A DNA stretch of 41,520 bases from NCBI GenBank assembly GCA_019313725.1, contig JAFDAT010000001.1:1-41520 (forward strand), given 5' to 3'. The notes beneath the pieces were generated by a model. That model did no database searches. It saw only the letters and a program-made list of their open reading frames with translations, and was not told where the DNA came from. Made by a program: the position numbers and the translations under genes. This DNA is from Deltaproteobacteria bacterium (GTDB taxonomy: Bacteria; Desulfobacterota; Desulfobacteria; Desulfobacterales; B30-G6). This document shows, in pieces, positions 34,876 to 41,520 of this stretch; positions within the stretch are counted from its first letter, which is position 1, and every line of letters starts with the position of its first letter.

Positions 34876-36060
34876 ATGAAAATTACGGCTGTGCGGGCAA
34901 CACCGGTCAACATTCCTTTGGAGGCACCTTTTTACTGGTCGGTGGGAATCTATCCGGGCACCTCCAAGACAATTATTGAAGTCGAAACGGATGAAGGTCT
35001 TGTGGGGCTGGGGGAGTCCCCGTCCTGGGACTGCGCCGAGGTGATCAACCGCCATATGGGCCCCCTGTTGATCGGATGTGACCCCTTTGATATCGTCGGT
35101 TGTGAAAGAAAATGTGTGCCAGAATGGTGCGTAGTCCAGAACACCGACGATGCCTCTGTCGTCAAAGCGTTTGGTGGTATTGAAATAGCGCTTTGGGATA
35201 TTCGTGGCAAGGCCTGGAACAAGCCCTTGTATGCATTGCTCGGGGGAGCCGTGCGCAAGGATATTCCGTTTACGGAATATTTTTGCTACAGGCTCGAAAA
35301 AGACGGGTGCGGGGGTGAAATGACCGCTGAAGCTGTGGCCGATTACTGCCAAAACATGCAGGAGCAACACGGCTCCACCATGTTTGAAGGCAAGTTGAGC
35401 CTCGGTGATCCCTTCCTGGAAACGGCCACGGTCAAACTGCTGCGCGAAAGGCTCGGCGATAAGGCGATGATCCGCCTGGATGCCAATATGTCCTGGTCTC
35501 TATCCACCGCGCGGCAGATTCTTCGGGAAATTGAACCCTATAATATCCGCAACTATGAAGACCCGGTCGCTACTTTTGAGGAAATGGCCCAACTTCGCCG
35601 GCATTCGGCTATCCCCTTTTCAACACACATTCCTGATCTGCGCAGGGCGGTTGCCCTGGGAACGCCCGACAGCATTGTTACCAACTTTGCGGTGCTCGGG
35701 GGAATCCGCCGAACAATACGATTTATCGGCGCATGCGAAACCATGGGTGTCGGATTCTGGTGTTACAGTGGAGATGCCGGGATCTGTACGGCTGCCTATC
35801 TGCACATGGTTGCCACCACCGAATGGATGCACGAGCCCAGCCAGGCCCTCTTGCGCTGGCAGGTCGATGATGTCATCGAGGAGGGTCCGTTCAAACCGGT
35901 CAATAACCATGTTCCGGTGCCTGAAGGACCAGGTTTGGGTGTCACCCTGGCCCCCAAGGCCTTAAAACGCTGTCATGAACGTTTTGTCAACGACGGACCC
36001 ATTAATCACTTTTATGATCCCAATCATCCCGGGCGTATGCGTCGATTGCCCCTTGACTGA
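34876..36060 (+). CDS. Enolase-superfamily protein (mandelate racemase / muconate lactonizing enzyme type)
   Basis: 394-aa ORF with an MR/MLE N-terminal capping domain (MKITAVRATPVNIPLEAPFYWS...IIEVETDEGLVGLGES) and barrel blocks (IRLDANMSWS, YEDPV). SD GGAGGGAG. Confidence 0.75.
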   Translation: MKITAVRATPVNIPLEAPFYWSVGIYPGTSKTIIEVETDEGLVGLGESPSWDCAEVINRHMGPLLIGCDPFDIVGCERKCVPEWCVVQNTDDASVVKAFGGIEIALWDIRGKAWNKPLYALLGGAVRKDIPFTEYFCYRLEKDGCGGEMTAEAVADYCQNMQEQHGSTMFEGKLSLGDPFLETATVKLLRERLGDKAMIRLDANMSWSLSTARQILREIEPYNIRNYEDPVATFEEMAQLRRHSAIPFSTHIPDLRRAVALGTPDSIVTNFAVLGGIRRTIRFIGACETMGVGFWCYSGDAGICTAAYLHMVATTEWMHEPSQALLRWQVDDVIEEGPFKPVNNHVPVPEGPGLGVTLAPKALKRCHERFVNDGPINHFYDPNHPGRMRRLPLD

Positions 36061-36160
36061 TACTTAGACCAAAAACACACAAAGGACACGAAGATTTTTT
36101 CTTAACGTCTTTGTAGTTGTTTTTTTTCATTGACATGCCCCAATAAGGGAGGACAACACC

Positions 36161-37597
36161 ATGGATATCCAGCTGCCCGAAATAAATTTCAAGCCCCGGC
36201 TGAATGTAATTAATGCGGAACAGATCAAACAGATCCATACAGCAAGCCTGGAGGTCCTCGAACGGATCGGCGTTAAGATGACGCATCCACGGGCTGTGGA
36301 ACTGTTGGAGAGTGCCGGTGCCAATGTGGATGGAGACAGGGTCCGTATTCCTTCATGGATGGTTGAAGATGCCATCCGCAAGGCCCCTTCCCGGGTGGTG
36401 CTGGGAAAACGGAATGGTGAGCGGTCGGTGTTTATAGAGGCGGGTAAAACCTGGTTTGGGCCCAGCCTGGATTGTATTGACTATCTGGACCCGATGACCG
36501 ATGAACGCAAACGCTTTACCAGCGAACACTGCCGGGTCAGCGCGACCATCGCCGATGCCATGCCCAACTTCGACTGGTCCATGATCATCGGCATGGCCGA
36601 CGATCAACCGCCTGACATCGCCGATCGGGTGATTGTTCGTCAGGCCCTGACCTACTGCGAAAAACCGCTGGTTTTTTGCTGCAAAGATACCAATAGCGAG
36701 CGTGATATCTACGAAATGGCTCTGTTGATCTGCGGCGGCAAGGAGAACTTTGAAAAGGCACCGACCATCGTCCAGTACTCCGAACCGATTTCACCTCTGG
36801 AATATTATGACCCGGCCGTGGACAAGATGCTCTTTTCGGTCGAACATGGTATTCCCCTGATAAATTTTCCCGCGCCCCAGGCCTGTGGCTCGGCTCCGGC
36901 AACGCTTGCCGGAACCATCGTGCAGGGCAGTGCGGAATCTTTAAGCGGACTGGTACTGGCTCAGGCTGCCCGGCCGGGTGCTGCTTTTATCTACGGGGCC
37001 TTCACCACCATAATGGACATGAAAACATCCGTTTTTTCATACGGGGCGTCTGAAATGAGTCTGATGGTCGCTGCCATGGCCCAGATGGCGGAACATTACA
37101 ATCTGCCTTTTTTCGGCACCGGCGGTTGTACGGATGCCAAATTCTGTGACCCTCAGGCCGCCGTCGAAGCGACCTTTCAATGTTTTAGCTCCGCCGCCGT
37201 TGGAACCGGTCTGATACATGACTGCAGCAGCTGGATGGATCACGGCTCTTTAGTGTCGCCGGCCTTCATGGTGCTGGTCAACGAAATTTTGCACAACGTA
37301 AAACAATATATGAACGGTATACCGGTTAGCGCAGAGACACTGGCTATAGATGTCATCGAGCGTGTCGGGCCGGGTGGACACTATCTGCAGGATGAGCATA
37401 CCTTGGCGAATTTTAACAAGGTGCGTTATTCCGAGCTGTTTGAACGCACGATCCGCCAGGAATGGGAAGCCGACGGTTCCAAAAGCTTTGAAGACCGGCT
37501 GCGGCAAATGACGGTAAAGGCCATGGCTCACGAACCGGCGGCCTTGCCGGATGATATCGTTAAAGAAATTGATACGATGCAGCAGCACTGGAAATAA
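36161..37597 (+). CDS. Non-pyrrolysine MttB-superfamily methyltransferase, paralog B
   Basis: 478-aa ORF with SD AGGGAGG. Roughly two-thirds to three-quarters identical to paralog A by eye. Cys occupies the column of the mttB TAG. Confidence 0.75.
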   Translation: MDIQLPEINFKPRLNVINAEQIKQIHTASLEVLERIGVKMTHPRAVELLESAGANVDGDRVRIPSWMVEDAIRKAPSRVVLGKRNGERSVFIEAGKTWFGPSLDCIDYLDPMTDERKRFTSEHCRVSATIADAMPNFDWSMIIGMADDQPPDIADRVIVRQALTYCEKPLVFCCKDTNSERDIYEMALLICGGKENFEKAPTIVQYSEPISPLEYYDPAVDKMLFSVEHGIPLINFPAPQACGSAPATLAGTIVQGSAESLSGLVLAQAARPGAAFIYGAFTTIMDMKTSVFSYGASEMSLMVAAMAQMAEHYNLPFFGTGGCTDAKFCDPQAAVEATFQCFSSAAVGTGLIHDCSSWMDHGSLVSPAFMVLVNEILHNVKQYMNGIPVSAETLAIDVIERVGPGGHYLQDEHTLANFNKVRYSELFERTIRQEWEADGSKSFEDRLRQMTVKAMAHEPAALPDDIVKEIDTMQQHWK

Positions 37598-37637
37598 ATT
37601 CACTTACAGTGAATTTATGCAATGCGACTTCGTCGCT

Positions 37638-37680
37638 AAAAGCCTACTATCTGCATGGCTGCAGCTAGTAGGTTTTAATA
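37638..37680 (+). terminator. Rho-independent terminator closing the methyltransferase cluster
   Basis: Stem cctacta (37643-37649) pairs with tagtagg (37666-37672). An inner ctgca/tgcag stem is present, followed by TTTT. A second hairpin, aaattcac-ttaca-gtgaattt, overlaps the stop codon. Confidence 0.65.
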
Positions 37681-37710
37681 TTTTCAAATGCCAAAAGGCC
37701 AATATAAATT

Positions 37711-37797
37711 GACAATCCATGGGTGTAAGATTTTCTTGACCTTACAGCCACAAATCATGGTATCTGCAATTTTGTAAGACTGGTGAGCGTCTCCATG
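37711..37797. repeat. 87-bp direct repeat, copy 1 (left boundary of the AT-rich island)
   Basis: 86/87 identical to 41434-41520; the only mismatch is 37765 T versus 41488 A. Contains TGTAAG/CTTACA/TGTAAG alternating inverted motifs. Covered by a 57-codon minus-strand ORF (37684..37857). Confidence 0.9.
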
Positions 37798-38030
37798 TAT
37801 CAGTACTTTTGCTATACCCGCCAGGATATAATTATGTCCCTCATAGATTTTGAGCATTTCTCGGTTCCAAAGGCATATTTTTACTTAGTTCGACCCCGAC
37901 TTGAGTATTAACAAGAATCGATTTAATACATATGTTAGGCGCAATAGCTTTGCTAAATTTTGTCTATGACGGTTTTCTTGCCATCCATGGCACGAAAAAG
38001 CTTTGAATAGTCAGAATGTAGGAGGATCTT

Positions 38031-38228
38031 ATGACAGATAAAAACCCCAAAAAACAGCTTCCCGGAATATTACGTTTCTTAATTAAGCTTTTTCAAATCA
38101 TCCTTTATATACCGATTCAAATAATCTTCATTCCTTTTGCTATTATTGGACTAATAGATGCAATTTACAAGGAAATGAGAAAAAGCAAGAAACTTGGTGT
38201 CTCCTTCTCGGCAATTAAAGCGCTTTAA
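38031..38228 (+). CDS. 65-aa membrane protein or N-terminal gene remnant
   Basis: Strong SD AGGAGGA before the ATG. One long hydrophobic stretch (LRFLIKLFQIILYIPIQIIFIPFAIIGLI). Confidence 0.4.
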   Translation: MTDKNPKKQLPGILRFLIKLFQIILYIPIQIIFIPFAIIGLIDAIYKEMRKSKKLGVSFSAIKAL

Positions 38229-38233
38229 TATAG

Positions 38234-38569
38234 GTGGATGATGCATTAGCATTCATGTTAGGTGAAATTTCAAAAACAGCTAAAAGATATATGAGGATAA
38301 TAGAAAAAATGGGAGAGCCTTCGACATTTGGAATAGATATGTCAAATGATCCTAAAGCAGCAATTTCAAAAACAGCTAAAAGATATATGAGGATAATAGA
38401 AAAAATGGGAGAGCCTTCGACATTTGGAATAGATATGTCAAATGATCCTAAAGCAGCAGTTGAATTATTTTTTAAAGGATGTGGATTAAAAATAACAAAA
38501 TATACTCAATTCGGTGAAAAACTAGATATCGAACCATTTTACTGTATTGTTGAGGCTGAAAAACTGTAA
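38234..38569 (+). CDS. 111-aa hypothetical protein containing an exact 32-aa tandem duplication; possibly the C-terminal remnant of a larger gene
   Basis: GTG start 5 nt after the previous stop. ISKTAKRYMRIIEKMGEPSTFGIDMSNDPKAA is repeated twice without change. Confidence 0.35.
   Translation: MDDALAFMLGEISKTAKRYMRIIEKMGEPSTFGIDMSNDPKAAISKTAKRYMRIIEKMGEPSTFGIDMSNDPKAAVELFFKGCGLKITKYTQFGEKLDIEPFYCIVEAEKL
38266..38457. repeat. Perfect 96-bp tandem duplication (2 units: 38266-38361, 38362-38457)
   Basis: Read directly: both units are identical at every position I compared. The period is a multiple of 3, so the frame is preserved. Confidence 0.9.
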
Positions 38570-38593
38570 GTTCTATGTTCCGACCTTTGAAGA

Positions 38594-38615
38594 CTCCTAC
38601 AAATCGGTAGATATC
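38594..38615. repeat. 22-nt direct repeat, copy 1 (ctcctacaaatcggtagatatc)
   Basis: 21/22 identical to 40283-40304. Lies 70 nt upstream of the GT2 gene start. Confidence 0.8.
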
Positions 38616-38685
38616 AGGGTTATGGAAGCCCCAGTTGAATTAATAGCATTCAATATACTTGATGCCCTAATTTTGAAGGAAAATA

Positions 38686-40080
38686 TTGATGGATGTATCT
38701 GCAAAACAACTTGTTAGTTTATTTAAAAAAGCAATAAACTTTCCACAACCAAACACACTAGACGGAAGTGTGGAAAGCATAAGAAATTACTATAAAATGA
38801 TTCAGCAATTTGCCACTATGGTTGATATATATCAGGACCTGATACCAGAAAAATATGATGATTTATCTATTTTGGAACTTGCAGACTTTATTTTAGAATT
38901 GAAGCTTGAAGATTTTCAAAAGATAGCGAATAACCTACCATTCTTACTGAGTGGGATTATTTTGCAAGATAAGACAACATCCTATCCAGAAGCAGATGTT
39001 GACCCTTCATGGGGGCCTACTATAGCTATGCTTTCTAAATATCTCCCAGATAAAATAGACCTGACCGACAGCAGTCAGGATAATCTATTTTTTCAAGCAG
39101 CCACTTACTTATTGGACAAATACTCAGAGACTTCTGCTCTTCAAAATCTTGACAGATGGATAACTTCCAGTCCAGAGAAGTATAAAAATGCAATTCTTCT
39201 GGTTTCAAAGCAGGCTCTTTCAAAAATGTACGTGAAGCAAACAGATTATCCTCTCCATGTATCACTGGTACTTGCCATGTATAATGAACACAATCGTATT
39301 CGTCCAAAAAGCAATGATAACCCCAATGGTGAAGATTTTGTTCGACGCAAAATGAAACAAATGGAGTGGCTATTGAAAGATTCACCTCTTAATTTCAACA
39401 TGATTCTTGTTGATGATGGCTGTCCAAAACAGAGTGGAGAAAAAGCACAGGAAATTATTGAAAAAGAAGGGTACAAAAATGTTAAAGTACTTTATCTTGA
39501 CGATGGTATCAAAAGACAGTCAGAAGTTATTAAAGGATTAAAATCCACAAGCGGCAGTCGAAAAGGAGGATCTATTCAATATGGTATGTGGCAAGCATTG
39601 GAAAATTATTCAGAAAGTGATAAGCCGCATATAGTTGTCTTTACTGATGCTGATATGGCAGCACCTGTTAATGAAATCGGACTTTTATTAGGAAAACAAG
39701 ACGATAAAACCATGCTCACTATTGCGTCACGTTATGACGAGGGGAGTATTTATCGTGGCCCATCGGGGAAGAACGGGGAAGTTCAAGGGTTGACTGAGTT
39801 CCATCGTCGAATGATCGGTCTGCGGGGGTTTGTGTTTTCAAGGCTGTTTCCGCAAACAGGGAAAATCACAGATACTCAATGTGGTCTCAAGGCTTTTAAT
39901 GCAAAACTTTTAAGACAAATACTTTTGAAAACAAAAGTAAGGACATTCTCGTTTGATATCGAATTGCTGGTGCTTGCAGCATCTACGGATACAGCCATAG
40001 CTATTGCTCCAATTTATTGGCATGACAGCTTTGCTGAATCTAGTTTTTGGGGAAGTGCGGCTGAGAAAACAAAATTATGA
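38686..40080 (+). CDS. Family-2 glycosyltransferase (ALG5 / dolichyl-phosphate-glucose-synthase-like) with a ~190-aa N-terminal domain of unknown function
   Basis: 464-aa ORF. GT2 blocks from ~aa 190: VSLVLAMYNEHNRI, ILVDDGCP, RKGGSIQYG, VVFTDADMAAP (DxD), TDTQCGLKAF. TTG/ATG start at 38686/38689. Confidence 0.7.
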   Translation: MMDVSAKQLVSLFKKAINFPQPNTLDGSVESIRNYYKMIQQFATMVDIYQDLIPEKYDDLSILELADFILELKLEDFQKIANNLPFLLSGIILQDKTTSYPEADVDPSWGPTIAMLSKYLPDKIDLTDSSQDNLFFQAATYLLDKYSETSALQNLDRWITSSPEKYKNAILLVSKQALSKMYVKQTDYPLHVSLVLAMYNEHNRIRPKSNDNPNGEDFVRRKMKQMEWLLKDSPLNFNMILVDDGCPKQSGEKAQEIIEKEGYKNVKVLYLDDGIKRQSEVIKGLKSTSGSRKGGSIQYGMWQALENYSESDKPHIVVFTDADMAAPVNEIGLLLGKQDDKTMLTIASRYDEGSIYRGPSGKNGEVQGLTEFHRRMIGLRGFVFSRLFPQTGKITDTQCGLKAFNAKLLRQILLKTKVRTFSFDIELLVLAASTDTAIAIAPIYWHDSFAESSFWGSAAEKTKL

Positions 40081-40282
40081 TAGTTAATAGTTTCCCCTGC
40101 TGTATTCTTCCAACAATCGGCACTGTTGATACCTAATAAGCGTTCTATCCATAGTCCCGCCAAACAAAAGGCTGAAAGCTTTGTCAAAGCCACTGCAATG
40201 CCTCGAATAAGCTACCGCGTAAGCGGTTTCGTACATCTGGCATATATCTCAGTCTTTTTGAGGCGTTAGAAACCTGATATAC

Positions 40283-40304
40283 CTCCTACAAAACGGTAGA
40301 TATC
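40283..40304. repeat. 22-nt direct repeat, copy 2 (ctcctacaaaacggtagatatc)
   Basis: Lies 203 nt downstream of the GT2 stop, in the same orientation as copy 1. Confidence 0.8.
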
Positions 40305-40478
40305 TGCCCTCTGAAAAACTACCGGTGTGCGATTATTATCACCACCGACCATATCTTGCATTAATAGAGACTTCCGTGGTACCGTGGGGACGTCCAAATG
40401 GTATCGACAATATTATCTGTATTTCCAGTTGGTAAGATACTCTCAATATATCTCATTTTTTGTGAAATGAGATAATAC

Positions 40479-41147
40479 ATGTTAAGGATTTATTTGACTA
40501 TGCAAATTAATAGATACTGGCAAAAAAGATTGTCAAATTGCAAAATTTCTTTGGAGAAGAACAATTTTGATGCCTATATAGCGGAAACCCCGTCTGATGC
40601 AAAAACAATCGTAGTAGATAAAATTCTACCCCTAATCGATATAAAAAGTGTATCATGGGGAGATTCTTTGACCCTCTATTCTACAGAAATACTGGAATAC
40701 TTTAGAAGCAAATCTGGGATAAAATTAATTGAAACCTTTGCTGAAAATATTTCCCGTGAAAAAAGAATGGAGCGTCGAAGAAAGGCGATTCTTACTGATC
40801 TGTTTTTTACAGGTACGAATGCAGTCGTAGACTCTGGTATGTTAGTGAATTTAGACATGATAGGAAACCGTGTTGGCGGAATTACTTTCGGTCCTAAATA
40901 TGTTGTCATAATGGTTGGTCGCAATAAGATCGTCCAAAATCTTGATGAGGCAATGAAACGGATAAAAAATATCGCTGCCCCCCAAAATGCACTTCGGCAC
41001 TCAATAAAAACACCATGCGTAAAGACTTCTTATTGCATGGACTGTAAAAGCCCTGATAGGATCTGTAATATATGGACAATTCACGAAAAATCTTATCCCA
41101 AGGGCAGAATAAAAGTTATATTAATTAACCAAGATCTTGGATTATAG
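40479..41147 (+). CDS. LUD-domain (DUF162 / LutC-YkgG-like lactate-utilisation family) protein
   Basis: 222-aa ORF with the family-typical pattern (ILTDLFFTGTNAVVDSGMLVNLDMIGNRVGGITFGPKYVVIMVGRNKIV...CMDC). An alternative start lies at 40500. A 10-bp AT-rich hairpin (40449-40474) sits just upstream. TAG stop. Confidence 0.6.
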   Translation: MLRIYLTMQINRYWQKRLSNCKISLEKNNFDAYIAETPSDAKTIVVDKILPLIDIKSVSWGDSLTLYSTEILEYFRSKSGIKLIETFAENISREKRMERRRKAILTDLFFTGTNAVVDSGMLVNLDMIGNRVGGITFGPKYVVIMVGRNKIVQNLDEAMKRIKNIAAPQNALRHSIKTPCVKTSYCMDCKSPDRICNIWTIHEKSYPKGRIKVILINQDLGL

Positions 41148-41199
41148 AAAACGCAGATGACTATGATTATGTAGATGTCAGGTACCTGAAAAACTTACG

Positions 41200-41451
41200 A
41201 TGCTCGATTATATCACATTTTTCTTAAAAGATAAAATGATGAAAATTTGGATCGTAATTTTTCTGTCGATCAGTTTCGCTATTACCGTTAATGCTTTTGC
41301 AGAAGAAAAGGAAGAGTTGTGGGACATTGGTGCAGGGCTGCGGTTTAATTACCTTCGCCTTACCGGTGGTATTTCAGGCTATGATGCTGAAACCGGCAAT
41401 AGATTCGATATAGATTACAGCGCAATAGGAATGGACAATCCATGGGTGTAA
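41200..41451 (+). pseudogene. 5' fragment of an exported (outer-membrane-type?) protein, cut off at the 87-bp repeat boundary
   Basis: Signal-peptide-like MMKIWIVIFLSISFAITVNAFA followed by beta-strand-like alternation. Only ~70 mature residues remain. The frame stops 15 nt after repeat copy 2 begins at 41434. Confidence 0.5.
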
Positions 41452-41520
41452 GATTTTCTTGACCTTACAGCCACAAATCATGGTATCAGCAATTTTGTAA
41501 GACTGGTGAGCGTCTCCATG
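41434..41520. repeat. 87-bp direct repeat, copy 2 (runs to the window edge and may continue)
   Basis: 86/87 identical to 37711-37797, offset exactly 3723 bp. Confidence 0.9.

Noticed and set aside
26748-35370. Long antisense ORFs inside the methyltransferase cluster: 26748..27443, 27504..27959, 33358..34320 and 34723..35370 (all minus strand). Out-of-frame plus-strand ORFs were also noted, for example 27389..27748, 34095..34508 and 35480..35965.
   Set aside because: Same reasoning: they are shadow frames of GC-rich genes with clear family assignments on the annotated frame.
40100-40260. 50-codon minus-strand ORF (MYETAYAVAYSRHCSGFDKAFSLLFGGTMDRTLIRYQQCRLLEEYSRGNY) of higher GC than its surroundings, in the GT2-LUD spacer.
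   Set aside because: It is too short, has no RBS and has no recognisable family. It may be a gene remnant but cannot be supported from the sequence alone.

Overview
41.5-kb window from an anaerobe, possibly a Desulfobacterales-type deltaproteobacterium (a guess only). All calls come from reading the sequence and recalling family motifs; no searches were run.

There are four compositionally distinct blocks. Single 60-nt GC spot counts were about 65% at 1.8 kb, 42% at 21 kb, 62% at 27.4 kb and 32% at 38.9 kb.

(1) 1-10.1 kb:
- a HutC-type regulator with two perfect TTGTATATACAA palindromes
- long-form urocanate hydratase and MIO-type histidine ammonia-lyase
- a cytoplasmic ferredoxin-molybdopterin oxidoreductase fusion
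- a RACo-type [2Fe-2S]/ASKHA corrinoid reductive activator

(2) 10.1-24.7 kb:
- flavodoxin plus a rubrerythrin interrupted by an in-frame TAA
- an ~11-kb polyphosphate/phosphate supercluster: metallophosphoesterase, PPK2, ABM and CBS on the plus strand converge on a tightly packed 8-gene minus-strand operon
- operon order: ppk1, CYTH/CHAD, orphan ParA/MinD ATPase, 54-aa basic protein, SixA-like phosphatase, 152-aa poly(KEKAK) protein, USP, Na/Pi cotransporter
- a PAS protein and an MFS transporter

(3) 25.2-37.6 kb:
- a PrpD/MmgE-family protein
- an mttB gene whose frame carries one in-frame TAG, a candidate pyrrolysine codon
- a LivJHMGF-type ABC transporter; the binding-protein gene has no stop codon
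- two collinear non-Pyl MttB paralogs flanking an enolase-superfamily (MR/MLE) gene

(4) 37.7-41.5 kb: an AT-rich island bounded by an 87-bp direct repeat. It holds gene remnants, a perfect 96-bp tandem duplication, a GT2 glycosyltransferase with an unknown N-terminal domain, a LUD-domain protein and a truncated exported protein.

Best candidates for something undescribed:
- the ParA-type ATPase with lysine-rich partner candidates embedded in the ppk1/CHAD operon, a possible polyphosphate-granule positioning module
- the MttB / enolase-superfamily / ABC locus, a possible anaerobic betaine racemisation-demethylation pathway next to a Pyl-type mttB
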